From positions 8,784 to 72,783 of the forward strand of contig DATNMD010000049.1 in NCBI GenBank assembly GCA_035602505.1: a stretch of DNA of 64,000 nt, given 5' to 3'. Both the position numbers and the translations under genes were made by a program. Every line of letters begins with the position of its first letter. Within the stretch, counting starts at the first letter, position 1. This DNA comes from Candidatus Acidiferrum sp. (lineage in GTDB: Bacteria; Acidobacteriota; Terriglobia; Acidiferrales; UBA7541). Below the pieces are notes generated by a model that saw nothing but the letters and a program-made list of their open reading frames with translations, made no database searches and was not told the DNA's origin. This document shows, piece by piece, positions 39,428 to 48,732 of the stretch.

Positions 39428-39975
39428 AAGTCGCCGCAGCCATCGTCGTCGCGGCCCTTCTGCTGATCATCGTCGCCGCGCTGCCATCCGCGCAGCCGCA
39501 AATTCCGTCCGGCCGCGAAGTGGTCTCTCCCTCCGCATACGTTTCGCTCGAACCGGTCGCGCGCGGCAGCTCTTTCCAACTCGCTGTCGTGCTCAAAATC
39601 CGCAATGGCTTCCACATCAACGCGCACAAGCCTTCCGCCGAGTACCTCATTCCCACCGATCTTCGTGCGAACCTCCCGGCCGGTTTTAAATCCGCCGGTG
39701 AAATCTCCTACCCCAAAGGCGAGCTCCACACGTTCGCCTTCACCAAGACTCCGCTCAACGTGTACCAGGATAAAGTCGTGCTACGGGTACCGCTCACTGC
39801 GCAAGCCGACGCCCCGCTCGGCGCCCAACACATTTCCCTCAAGCTGCGCTACCAAGCCTGCAGCAATGAAGTCTGCCTCCCGCCCGTCACCCTCGATGTC
39901 GACGCCCCGGTCACCGTCGCAGTAAATACCGCCAATTCCCGCCCTGCTCACCCAGAACTTTTCCTTGTCCAGTAG
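39424..39975 (+). CDS. Stand-alone DsbD N-terminal (alpha)-like domain protein
   Basis: Signal peptide, GFHIN, YPKGE, VYQD and YQACSNEVCLPP. Confidence 0.8.
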   Translation: MKVAAAIVVAALLLIIVAALPSAQPQIPSGREVVSPSAYVSLEPVARGSSFQLAVVLKIRNGFHINAHKPSAEYLIPTDLRANLPAGFKSAGEISYPKGELHTFAFTKTPLNVYQDKVVLRVPLTAQADAPLGAQHISLKLRYQACSNEVCLPPVTLDVDAPVTVAVNTANSRPAHPELFLVQ

Positions 39976-39994
39976 CATCTTTTCTTCAGGCACT

Positions 39995-40033
39995 TTGGAG
40001 TGCGGCGGGCTTGAAGCTCGCCGATCCCTTTTT
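39995..40033 (+). terminator. REP-like hairpin/terminator after the dsb operon
   Basis: TTGGAGTG then CGGCGGGCT-TGA-AGCTCGCCG, followed by CCCTTTTT. Confidence 0.6.
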
Positions 40034-40106
40034 CAAAAAAGACGGCGCCGGCTCCGTAGTACCCATCCGCATCTCCGGCACCCGCGACGATCCCAAGTTC
40101 TCCCTC

Positions 40107-40139
40107 GACCTATTCCATAAATCCGAAAAGAAATAGGTC
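40107..40139 (-). terminator. Inverted repeat downstream of cusA
   Basis: GACCTATTCC...GAAATAGGTC (9/10 complementary), ~30 nt past the cusA stop. Confidence 0.4.
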
Positions 40140-40166
40140 CACACCAAGCCGAACATCGCCCTGTAT

Positions 40167-43100
40167 TCAAGTCATGTGTGACCCACGCAATGTACCGCGA
40201 CTCAGAGCCCGCTCCTTCATAAGCGCAAAGAAAACGGGTACGAGTATCAGGACGTGAATGGTTGATGTAATCATACCGCCCACGATGGGAGCCGCGATGG
40301 GCTTCATCACATCTGCGCCAACGCCTGACTCCCACAAGATGGGTATCAGACTGGCCAGAACAACGCAGACCGTCATTAGCTTGGGTCGCAACCGCTGCAC
40401 TGCGCCTTCAATTACTGCTGCCTCGACATCTTCATGCTTCAGCGGCACTCCAGTCGCGAGGCGTCGATTCAGTGCTTCATGGAGATACACGACCATGACC
40501 ACACCTGTCTCTACGGCAATCCCAAACAGGGCGATGTAGCCGACCCACACCGCCACACTAAAGTTGTATCCGAGGAGCTTTTGCAAGATGAGCCCTCCGG
40601 TAAGCGCGTAGATCGTCGGGAAGATGAGCACAACGGCTTCGCTAACAGAGTGGAACACCATATAGAGCAGCAGAAAGATAACAAAAAATACGATTGGCAG
40701 AATTAGCTGCAGGCGCTCCTTTGCCCGCAACTGAAACTCGTATTCGCCCGACCATTTGTAAGTAAAGCCGGGTGGCAAGCTGAGTTTTTCGTTGAGCAAG
40801 CTGCTCGCACGCGTGACAAAGCCGCCGTAGTCCTTCGTGTTCAGATCGATGTAAACGTAGCCGGTCAGTGCGCCGTCTTCATCGCGGATCATTGAGGGTC
40901 CACGAGAGAATGATATTTTCGCCACTTCGGCGATGGGAATCTGCGCGCCGGTGGGCGTGCCAATCAGCACGCGCCGCAATTCCTCGACGTTGTCCCTAAA
41001 GTCGCGGTTATACCGGACATTCACCGGATACCGCTCGCGGCCCTCGACGTTTTCAGCGACCATTTCGCCGCCGATTCCCGAAGCGACAGCCTGCTGAACG
41101 TCAGCAATAGTCAGACCGTAGCGAGCCGCCTCTGCACGGTTCACTTCGACGTTGAGATAAAAACCTTGCGAAACGCGTTCGGCAAAAATGGATCGCGTCT
41201 CAGGAATCGCAGAGAGGATCTGCTGTGTCCGCGCGCCAACTTGCTGGATGCCCTCAAGATTCGGCCCCTGAATCTTCACCCCGAGTGGCGTCTTGATGCC
41301 CGTTAATTCCATATCCAGACGGTTTTCCACCGGCATGGTCCAGGTGTTGGACAGGCCAGGAAACTGAAGTTTCGCGTCCATTTCCTGAATCAGCTTTTCG
41401 TAGGTCATCCCCGGTCGCCACTGACTGCGCGGCTTGAGCATGACCGTCGTGTCATACATATCGAGAGGAGCGTTATCGGTCGCGCTGTCGGATCGTCCGA
41501 TGGAACCGAAGACGGTTTCGACTTCGGGGAACGTGCGAATGATCCTGTCCTGTTCTTGGAGCAATTGCGACGCCTGCCCGATGGAGATTCCAGGCAAGGC
41601 TGTCGGCATGTAGAGGGCCGAACCTTCAAAGAGGGGCGGCATGAATTGACTGCCGATGTGAAGCGCGAGTGGAAGTGTGACGATCAGAAAGAGCAGATTT
41701 AGCAGCAAGGTGGTTTTGCGGAAACGCAAGCAGAGGCGCAGAACTGGCAAATAGAGAGCCTGGGTGATTCTTGAAATTGGATTCCGCGATTCAGGTATCA
41801 GCCGCCCCCGGACGAATAGAATCATGAGTACAGGCACAAGGGTGATAGCCAGGATGGAGGAGAAGCCAACAGCCAGCGTCTTCGTCCACGCAAGGGGACG
41901 AAACATGCGTCCTTCCTGCGCCTCCAATAAGAAGACGGGCAGAAAGGAAACTACGATGATCACTAGAGAGAAGAAAATAGCGGGACCCACTTGTGTCGCG
42001 GCTTGGAGCAGAATCCGCCGCCTTTCTGGCTCTGGCAGTTTCTCAATTTGCTCCGCTTGCCTTTCCGAAAGCTGTCGATAACCGTTTTCGACCATTACGA
42101 TGCCAGCGTCCACGAGGACGCCAATCGCGAGGGCCAAACCGCCGAGCGACATGATGTTCGAGGTGACATGGAGGTAGTACATCGGGATGAAAGATGCGAC
42201 CACGGCGATAGGCAGCGTCAGAATCGGAATTAGCGCCGAACGGAAGTGGAATAAGAAGATGACGATCACGATGCTGACGATGATCGCCTCTTCGATCAAG
42301 TCGCGTTGCAGAGTTTCGATGGATGCGTGAATTAATCCTGAGCGGTCGTAACCTGCAACGACTTCCACGCCCGGTGGCAGGGAGGGTTTTATTTCCAAGA
42401 GTTTCTGCTTGATGCCATTGATGACCTTGAGGGCATTCATCCCATCGCGCATCACGACAATTCCGCCAACCGTTTCCCCTTCGCCTTGCCATTCCGCAAC
42501 ACCTTCACGGATGTCTGGTCCGAAAGTAACTGTCCCGAGATTTCGGACGAGGACCGGCGTGCCGTTCTTGGTTGCAACGGGCACAGTTTCCAGGTCGCTC
42601 AGCGAACGCAGATAGCCGAGTCCACGAACCATGTATTCAGCCCCGCCCATTTCAAGCAGGCGTCCACCAACTTCGTTTGTACTTGCTCGAACTTTTTCAA
42701 TGACCGTCGAGAGAGGGATTCCATAAGCGCGAAGTTTGTCGGGGTCGAGGTTGACCTGGTACTGGCGCACGAATCCGCCAATGGTGGCTACCTCGGCCAC
42801 TCCGGGAACAGTTTCGAGCTGGTAGCGGAGATACCAATCTTGAAGGCTGCGCAAGTCGGCCAAACTGCGTTGATGGCTGTGGTCCACAAGCGCGTATTCA
42901 TAAACCCATCCTGCGCCCGTCGCGTCCGGCCCGATGACAGGATGCACGCCCGCTGGCAACCGTCCTGTGATCTGTTGCATGTACTCCAAAACACGCGACC
43001 GCGCCCAGTACAGGTCTGTAGTGTCTTCAAAGACGACAAACACATAGGAGTCGCCAAACATGGTTTGTGCTCGCACTGCCTTTACATGGGGTGCCGCAAG

Positions 43101-43319
43101 AAGCGTCGTGACGATGGGATAAGTGACCTGGTCTTCGATAATGCTCGGGGGCTGACCCGCCCAAGGGGTATGGATAATCACTTCCACATCGGAAATGTCT
43201 GGCAACGCGTCGAGCGGTATGTGACGCAGAGCCCAGATTCCTGAGAGCACAAGCAGGAGTGTTCCCATGAAAACGAGGAAGCGATTTCGCGCGCACCAAT
43301 CAATCCATTGAGAGATCAC
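40167..43319 (-). CDS. cusA: Heavy-metal RND efflux transporter, CusA/CzcA family
   Basis: LDALPDISDV, GPDATG, AIGVLVDAGIV, FMPPL, RLRPKLMT and PIAAPIVGG; 1050 aa. Confidence 0.93.
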   Translation of the reverse strand: MISQWIDWCARNRFLVFMGTLLLVLSGIWALRHIPLDALPDISDVEVIIHTPWAGQPPSIIEDQVTYPIVTTLLAAPHVKAVRAQTMFGDSYVFVVFEDTTDLYWARSRVLEYMQQITGRLPAGVHPVIGPDATGAGWVYEYALVDHSHQRSLADLRSLQDWYLRYQLETVPGVAEVATIGGFVRQYQVNLDPDKLRAYGIPLSTVIEKVRASTNEVGGRLLEMGGAEYMVRGLGYLRSLSDLETVPVATKNGTPVLVRNLGTVTFGPDIREGVAEWQGEGETVGGIVVMRDGMNALKVINGIKQKLLEIKPSLPPGVEVVAGYDRSGLIHASIETLQRDLIEEAIIVSIVIVIFLFHFRSALIPILTLPIAVVASFIPMYYLHVTSNIMSLGGLALAIGVLVDAGIVMVENGYRQLSERQAEQIEKLPEPERRRILLQAATQVGPAIFFSLVIIVVSFLPVFLLEAQEGRMFRPLAWTKTLAVGFSSILAITLVPVLMILFVRGRLIPESRNPISRITQALYLPVLRLCLRFRKTTLLLNLLFLIVTLPLALHIGSQFMPPLFEGSALYMPTALPGISIGQASQLLQEQDRIIRTFPEVETVFGSIGRSDSATDNAPLDMYDTTVMLKPRSQWRPGMTYEKLIQEMDAKLQFPGLSNTWTMPVENRLDMELTGIKTPLGVKIQGPNLEGIQQVGARTQQILSAIPETRSIFAERVSQGFYLNVEVNRAEAARYGLTIADVQQAVASGIGGEMVAENVEGRERYPVNVRYNRDFRDNVEELRRVLIGTPTGAQIPIAEVAKISFSRGPSMIRDEDGALTGYVYIDLNTKDYGGFVTRASSLLNEKLSLPPGFTYKWSGEYEFQLRAKERLQLILPIVFFVIFLLLYMVFHSVSEAVVLIFPTIYALTGGLILQKLLGYNFSVAVWVGYIALFGIAVETGVVMVVYLHEALNRRLATGVPLKHEDVEAAVIEGAVQRLRPKLMTVCVVLASLIPILWESGVGADVMKPIAAPIVGGMITSTIHVLILVPVFFALMKERALSRGTLRGSHMT

Positions 43320-43320
43320 G

Positions 43321-44883
43321 TTACATCCCTCCCGTGGCGTTCACGCTGAGCTGTTTGCTGGCGACGATTTGCCCGTTCTTCTTGGCGACGATCATGACCT
43401 GCCACGTACCGCCGCTGTCCAATTGCCCGGCTCCCTCATAGAGTCCGTTGCCTTTTTCGGCGAGAGAAACCTGCGTGCGCATTGCCGCCATGCCCATCGC
43501 CGGCATGGCAGGCATGGAAAACGTGGCGGAGACTTCCGCGGCAGAGATGGGTCCTCCGCTCGCATCCGTGAGGTTCACACGGAAGGTATTGCTGCCCTTG
43601 TGGGGAGGAGCTGGGTCGGTTGTGAGTTCCACGTTCGCCTTTGGAGCATTGATAGCTCCTGCCGCGCCTGCGCCGGGAGGTGGAGGAACAAACGAACCGA
43701 GTGCCGCCTGCAGCTGGCTCTCGGAATCGATCAGGAAATTGGCGGACGTGACGATTTCTTCGCCCTCCTTTACTCCTTTCAGCACGATGAAATTGTCGCC
43801 AGCGCGCGCGCCTAGTTGCACCTCGCGCGGCTCGATGTAGCCGTCGCCGCGGCTAACGAAAACAATCTGGCGGGTGCCAGATTGCAGCAGGCCGCTTGTA
43901 GGAATGACCAACTGCTTTCCCATCGGCACTTTCAGCACGACGTTGACGAACATCCCCGGAGTCAATTTCAGCCCAGGATTCGAAAAGACGAGCCGCGCGT
44001 GCGCGGTGCGCGTCATCATGTCCACCTGTGGGTAGATGAAGTTCACCCGGCCTTCGAAGGTGCGGCCCGGATAAGAATCCACGGTGAGGGTCGCGCGTTC
44101 GCCGACCTTGATGCGTCCCAAGTCAATTTGAAACACCTCGGCCAAAACCCAAACGGTCGAGAGGTCCGCGACGGAATAAAGGCGCGTCTCCGGCTGAACG
44201 GTGAGATTCGGCAGCGCGTTGCGCTCGGTGATGTAGCCGAAGACCGGAGAATCGACTTCCAGTTCCTGTTGCACCTCGCCAGTGGACTCAAGTCGGGCGA
44301 TTTCCCTCTGAGACACGGCCCACTGCTTGAGTCGTTCTCTGGCAGCTTCCAAGAGGGAAGTGGCACCTTCGGCTACGCCTGTAACCGGGCTTCCGGCCAC
44401 GCGCTGTTGATTTTGTTTCGCCACCAGGTATTCACGCTCGGTGGCGACGAGGTCCGGGCTGTAGATGGTGAAGAGCGGCTGCCCTTTCCGGAGGTATTGA
44501 TAGGTGGCGTCCGCGAAGACTTTCTGAATGTAGCCGGAATACCGGACCTGCACTGTGGAAAGCCGTGTTTCATCGACCGCGACGTTTCCGGTGACGCGGA
44601 TCTCGTTTTCGACCACCTTGCTTTCGACCCGGCCGGTTTTGACGCCGATGCTTTGCAACCGTTCCGGCGAGATCTGCACCGGAACCACCGGCGCTTCTGT
44701 TGATGCAGCGGGTGTTGCCATCGAGGTGGCCATAGAATCCTGCGCGGAAGAATTCGCCTGTTTGGTTTGGGCATTTGCCATCGGCTTCGCTGCGCGATAG
44801 TGAAGCCACAATCCCACGAGGACTACAGCGAGCAAGATGTTTCCAATCAAAGCCAGCAAGAATCCCGTGCGATAGGTTTTCAT
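43321..44883 (-). CDS. cusB: RND periplasmic adaptor (CusB-like) with a C-terminal YtkA/FixH-like domain
   Basis: TIYSPDL, LKPGM-like LTPGMF, ANFLIDSES, and an extra domain with MPAMPAMGMAAM and GTWQV. Confidence 0.85.
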   Translation of the reverse strand: MKTYRTGFLLALIGNILLAVVLVGLWLHYRAAKPMANAQTKQANSSAQDSMATSMATPAASTEAPVVPVQISPERLQSIGVKTGRVESKVVENEIRVTGNVAVDETRLSTVQVRYSGYIQKVFADATYQYLRKGQPLFTIYSPDLVATEREYLVAKQNQQRVAGSPVTGVAEGATSLLEAARERLKQWAVSQREIARLESTGEVQQELEVDSPVFGYITERNALPNLTVQPETRLYSVADLSTVWVLAEVFQIDLGRIKVGERATLTVDSYPGRTFEGRVNFIYPQVDMMTRTAHARLVFSNPGLKLTPGMFVNVVLKVPMGKQLVIPTSGLLQSGTRQIVFVSRGDGYIEPREVQLGARAGDNFIVLKGVKEGEEIVTSANFLIDSESQLQAALGSFVPPPPGAGAAGAINAPKANVELTTDPAPPHKGSNTFRVNLTDASGGPISAAEVSATFSMPAMPAMGMAAMRTQVSLAEKGNGLYEGAGQLDSGGTWQVMIVAKKNGQIVASKQLSVNATGGM

Positions 44884-46226
44884 CTTTTCGCCCCTTCAAC
44901 GCGCAAAGACAGTCCAGTGAGTTGTTCGAGCCGCGCCAATGCCGTCTCGCGTTCAGCTATGCTTTTCCAGTACTCCTCGTCTAAATGGAGGACATCGAGA
45001 AACGAAGCCAGCAGTGCCGAAAAGTCCTGACGATTGTTTTGGTAGGCTGCAATGCCCGCCTGGAATCCTGCACGCGCCTGTGGCTGAAGTCCTTCACGAT
45101 AAATTGTTAGCAACTCGGCGGTTTTCTCAGCGGTTTCGTATTCGCTACGCAGTTCAAACGCGACCCGTTGTGATTGAACTTCGGACTCCCTGCGGGAGCG
45201 GTTCAGCTCAGCTTCCGCCTGCGCCAGTTCGGGGTGCTGTTTGCGGCCTCGATAAATTGGAACGCGAACGCCAAAGCTGAGCATGTAGTAGGCACGGAAT
45301 TGAGTCGGGTCAGTGCGTTGCCACATGTATTGAACATTGAAGTCCGGGTAGAAATCCTTGTGTGCAAGTTCGACTTGCAGCTTCTGTCTCTCAAGCATCT
45401 TCTCCGCGCCAGAAATCTCTGGGTTCTGCGCTTTCGTCGCGGACAGGAGTTCTTCGAAAGTAAAGGGAAGCGGCGTCTCGGGAAGTTCGGAGGGTTCTAT
45501 GTCCGGCGAAGACTGTGCGCGGTTGAGAAGTTGCTTGATTTGCGCCTGCAACTTAGCCACTTCCAGGTGATGCATGGTGATTTCGCGCAGCAGTTTCGTT
45601 TGTTCGAGTTGCGCCCGTAGCAGGTCTTGTTGATTCTCCATCCCAGAGCGGTAGCGTGCGTCCGCAGCTTTCTCAACCTGCTGGAGCAGTTCTCCGTCGC
45701 TCTCAAGAATTCCTAGCGTCTTGGACAGATAGGCAAGCTGGAAATATGCCGATTTGACTCTGGCGAGGATCGAGCGGCGCACGGACTCGTACTGCTGCTG
45801 CACAACGTCAGCATCTCGCTTCGCTATCTCGCCTTTTAGCCGCAGTTTTCCTGGGTAGGGAAAGTCCTGAGAGACGCCGAGACCAAAGTAGGCGAAGTCG
45901 CTGTTTGTGTATCCGGCGAAAGGTCTCGGGCTTCCGACATTTACCTGCTGCACATTGAATTGAGGATCGGGAAGCGTGGAGACCTGGGAAGGAACCTGCT
46001 TCGCGGCCTGCCATCCTTGGCGCGCAGCGTGAATCTGTGGATTATTCTGCTCTGCTTCCTGCAACAATTCGGCAAGCGGCGTGACGGGCTGCGTTTGATG
46101 AGGCTGGGACCCCTGCGCGAAGCTCACGCTGACTAAGACGAGGGGGGAGAGCAGAACCAGCAACCTAGTTTCAATGAATCTGAATAAGAATGTTTTTGTC
46201 CCGTTCTTTCGCACAATCACTGACAT
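44880..46226 (-). CDS. TolC/CusC family outer-membrane efflux protein
   Basis: LPDP, VSQDFPYPGKL, YPDF and AYQNN..DF; cotranscribed with the adaptor and RND genes. Confidence 0.9.
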   Translation of the reverse strand: MSVIVRKNGTKTFLFRFIETRLLVLLSPLVLVSVSFAQGSQPHQTQPVTPLAELLQEAEQNNPQIHAARQGWQAAKQVPSQVSTLPDPQFNVQQVNVGSPRPFAGYTNSDFAYFGLGVSQDFPYPGKLRLKGEIAKRDADVVQQQYESVRRSILARVKSAYFQLAYLSKTLGILESDGELLQQVEKAADARYRSGMENQQDLLRAQLEQTKLLREITMHHLEVAKLQAQIKQLLNRAQSSPDIEPSELPETPLPFTFEELLSATKAQNPEISGAEKMLERQKLQVELAHKDFYPDFNVQYMWQRTDPTQFRAYYMLSFGVRVPIYRGRKQHPELAQAEAELNRSRRESEVQSQRVAFELRSEYETAEKTAELLTIYREGLQPQARAGFQAGIAAYQNNRQDFSALLASFLDVLHLDEEYWKSIAERETALARLEQLTGLSLRVEGAKR

Positions 46227-46372
46227 CGCCTTCTCCTAAAGGTGCAAATTCCATCGGCCAGCCATCGGTGAGCGACGAGATAAAATTCGCCGCCGAATAG
46301 GCGTGGCGCTCAAATGCCAGACTTAGACAGAGGGATAGAGCGCGGTGCGGGAGCGCACCGTGGAGAGGCGGG

Positions 46373-46726
46373 CTAGATCAGAAGAGAAGAATGAAGGGTG
46401 TACAACTCTGGAGGCGAGTGTTGAGGCGCCTCGGATCTAACGCGAGAGACAGGCGCGAAGATGGGGACTTCGGGCGTAGACAAATGATCGACAACTGCCG
46501 CGACAGGAACGCTCAAAGTGGAGTGCTGTGCTGGCAGCACGTTCGATGCGTCCGCAGAAACCATCGTCTTGCAGCAGTCGTGAGACTCATTGGCAGGATT
46601 GCAAGGCATCGAGCCGCAGCACTGCATTGTCTGATCGTCGGCGGACACGGGAGACAAACAGTCCGCAAACTGCAACCCTATGAGCGCAGCGAACGACAAC
46701 AAAAAGAATGTGACTCGGCGAATCAT
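46373..46726 (-). CDS. Small exported Cys/His/Met-rich protein heading the efflux operon
   Basis: Signal-like N-terminus; DC..MQCCGSMPC..HDCCKTM; C-terminal HSPP.LY.LH..LLI. Confidence 0.7.
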   Translation of the reverse strand: MIRRVTFFLLSFAALIGLQFADCLSPVSADDQTMQCCGSMPCNPANESHDCCKTMVSADASNVLPAQHSTLSVPVAAVVDHLSTPEVPIFAPVSRVRSEAPQHSPPELYTLHSSLLI

Positions 46727-46734
46727 CTATTCAG

Positions 46735-46763
46735 ACTCTAGGGCCGTTAGACGCACCAGTCAA
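46735..46763 (-). promoter_or_regulatory. sigma70-like promoter of the efflux operon
   Basis: TTGACT (46763-46758), 17 nt spacer, TAGAGT (46740-46735), 8 nt before ATG 46726. Confidence 0.6.
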
Positions 46764-46787
46764 GAAATTGGATTCGGCGTGCAGCCT

Positions 46788-47102
46788 ACTCGCCCGCAAC
46801 CCGCTCAATTCACAGTCTTTAATTTCTCACTTGACAAATAGTAACGGATGCGGTAATCTGTAGCCAGGTTCTACGGACCGTGTCCCCGTTTCGTCCTTCC
46901 TTTCTTCCGCAACCCCGTGTGTCTCCGCCACTCGACCCAGAGCAACGCCGGGGGGACGCTCGTCTACCCCGAGCACTGTCGAGGGGCCACTCACCTGAAA
47001 TAACTATCTTTAGAATCAACACTTATAAAAGTGATACAAAACAAACGACTTTAACCACCAGTAGAATCAACACTTTATGCAAAAACCCCAGGGGGGTACC
47101 CC
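46788..47102 (+). repeat. Promoter-led intergenic element, copy B
   Basis: GCAACCCGCTCAAT at 46796, promoter, pyrimidine-rich tract, embedded CCCCGAGCACTGTCGAGGGG palindrome, two TAGAATCAACACTT motifs (47011, 47062), and end GCAAAAACCCCAGGGGGGTACCCC. Confidence 0.85.
46831..46859 (+). promoter_or_regulatory. Near-consensus sigma70 promoter in element B
   Basis: TTGACA (46831-46836), 17 nt spacer, TAATCT (46854-46859). Confidence 0.8.
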
Positions 47103-47201
47103 TCACGGTATGAGAGATCGGCCCTCTTGCCCACCAGTCGCCAGTCACTATTCACCAGTCAGCACCCCGCCTCTGTGGCAAAATCCCAGCCCGGAGGAAC
47201 C

Positions 47202-47555
47202 ATGCCCGACCGTCTCGACGACTTCCAAAAATTTCGCGCCGACCTCAACGAAGAAATCCTCAGCTGCGGCCACCTTGGCATAAAACGCTTCTTTGCGCTC
47301 GATCATCAAGCCTACGAGCCCGGCCCGCTAGGCACTAAGACCAAGGAACTCCTCGGCCTCGTCGCTTCCGCCGTGCTGCGCTGCGACGATTGCATTACCT
47401 ACCATCTCGTGCGCTGCGGCGAAGAAGGCTGGAAGCGCGAAGAGGTCATCGACGCCCTCAACGTCGCCCTAATCGTCGGCGGCTCCATCACCATCCCGCA
47501 CGTCCGCCGCGCCTTCGCCCGCATGCGCGAAATCGACGGCCTTAAAAACACCTAA
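47202..47555 (+). CDS. Carboxymuconolactone decarboxylase/AhpD-like protein
   Basis: GGAGG before ATG 47202; KTKELLGLVASAVLRCDDCITYH and GGSITIPH. Confidence 0.88.
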   Translation: MPDRLDDFQKFRADLNEEILSCGHLGIKRFFALDHQAYEPGPLGTKTKELLGLVASAVLRCDDCITYHLVRCGEEGWKREEVIDALNVALIVGGSITIPHVRRAFARMREIDGLKNT

Positions 47556-47637
47556 TGTGACTACCACTTCTCACGAATTGGTTTTGTTTTTTCCGCGCGC
47601 AGTGCTAAAACATTGCACAGCACCAGAACGCACGGTA

Positions 47638-48327
47638 ATGAGCACGACCTCAACCCCAATCGCTCCCCCGCAGGAAACCACCGCTGCCCGGCTCCGCTAC
47701 TTCGGCCTCGGCGTCCTCTTTGCGCTCGTCCTGCTTCTGCCCAAGCTACTGAATATTCGCCGCGATCGCCGAAGCTGGCTCGCCTTCCGCATCCTGCTCG
47801 CGATCGCCGGCGCTTCCCTCGTTACTCTGCCCCTCAGCTTGTGGAACAGTTGGCACGCCGCCATCGCCGGCCTGGCCATGTTTCTCGCCGCCATCTTGCT
47901 TCCCGCGGCAAAGCCGGACACGACTCTGGCTGATACCGCCGCGCGGCTCGGAGCCTTGGTGATCGTCAATGGCGGCAGCTATCAAGTGGAAAACGGCCAA
48001 CTGGAATACGGGCAACTGGAAAATGGGCAACTGGAAAATGGGCCGCCCTCCGCCGTGCAGCTCTTCGTTTGTACTGAACGCATCTGGGCTCTCGATTTCC
48101 ACCAGCACCCCCTGCTGGTCATTCCCACTGCGCAAATTTCATCCGCCACCGCCGCAGAGTCCGCTGGTGACTGGATCGTTCGCATCCGCTGGGCCGACCA
48201 CACCGCTGACTTCCACTATCGCGGCATCTTTGCCGAGCACCTCGCGCGCGTGGCCGAATCCACATTGCGCAGCATAATTCACCCGCCACTCCCGGTCCTT
48301 CCCCAAAAACGCGCCGCCACCGCCTGA
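47638..48327 (+). CDS. Hypothetical membrane protein with a C-terminal PH-like soluble domain
   Basis: Three hydrophobic segments followed by a beta-rich domain; host-like codon usage. The PH-like fold is a guess. Confidence 0.6.
   Translation: MSTTSTPIAPPQETTAARLRYFGLGVLFALVLLLPKLLNIRRDRRSWLAFRILLAIAGASLVTLPLSLWNSWHAAIAGLAMFLAAILLPAAKPDTTLADTAARLGALVIVNGGSYQVENGQLEYGQLENGQLENGPPSAVQLFVCTERIWALDFHQHPLLVIPTAQISSATAAESAGDWIVRIRWADHTADFHYRGIFAEHLARVAESTLRSIIHPPLPVLPQKRAATA
47983..48042 (+). repeat. In-frame 15 bp tandem repeat x4
   Basis: CAAGTGGAAAACGGC / CAACTGGAATACGGG / CAACTGGAAAATGGG / CAACTGGAAAATGGG encode QVENG QLEYG QLENG QLENG. Confidence 0.85.
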
Positions 48328-48426
48328 ACTGGCGACACACATCCCGCGACTGAAGCCAATCTCTTCAAATCGAAACTTTCCACACAAACGCCCTCATAAT
48401 TCCGCCGTTTGTGTCAAAATATAGGC

Positions 48427-48672
48427 ATGGCGAGAGGCTGGGAAAGCAAAGACGTAGAAGCACAAGTCGAATCCAAAGAAGGTAGCAAGACGTCATCGGG
48501 ACGCGACCCAAAGAGTGCTGAGCAACAAGTCCGCGAACAGGACATCCAACAACTGCAACTCTCGCGCACCCGCATTGCGAACGACCTTGCCACCGCCACC
48601 CACCCCAATCACCGTAAATCCCTCGAAGCCGCCCTCGCCCACCTCGACAAAAAAATCGCCGATCTCTCTTAG
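48427..48672 (+). CDS. Small helical hypothetical protein
   Basis: MARGWESKDVEAQ...LQLSRTRI...RKSLEAALAHLDKKI; coherent coiled-coil-like sequence. Confidence 0.7.
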   Translation: MARGWESKDVEAQVESKEGSKTSSGRDPKSAEQQVREQDIQQLQLSRTRIANDLATATHPNHRKSLEAALAHLDKKIADLS

Positions 48673-48684
48673 CCTTCTCAGCGG

Positions 48685-48720
48685 CCTCTGTGCGCCGACC
48701 TCTGTGCCCTCTGTGTTAGG
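48685..48720. repeat. Short CCTCTGTG repeat cluster
   Basis: Three exact CCTCTGTG units (48685, 48699, 48708) between convergent genes. Confidence 0.65.
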
Positions 48721-48732
48721 TTTTTTCTTCTC

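Noticed and set aside
46880-47113. 77 aa ORF in element B as a bona fide protein
   Set aside because: No SD; an extra T breaks the second motif's frame; the homologous ORF in copy C diverges completely after ~15 codons. Treated as translated repeat DNA pending Ribo-seq.
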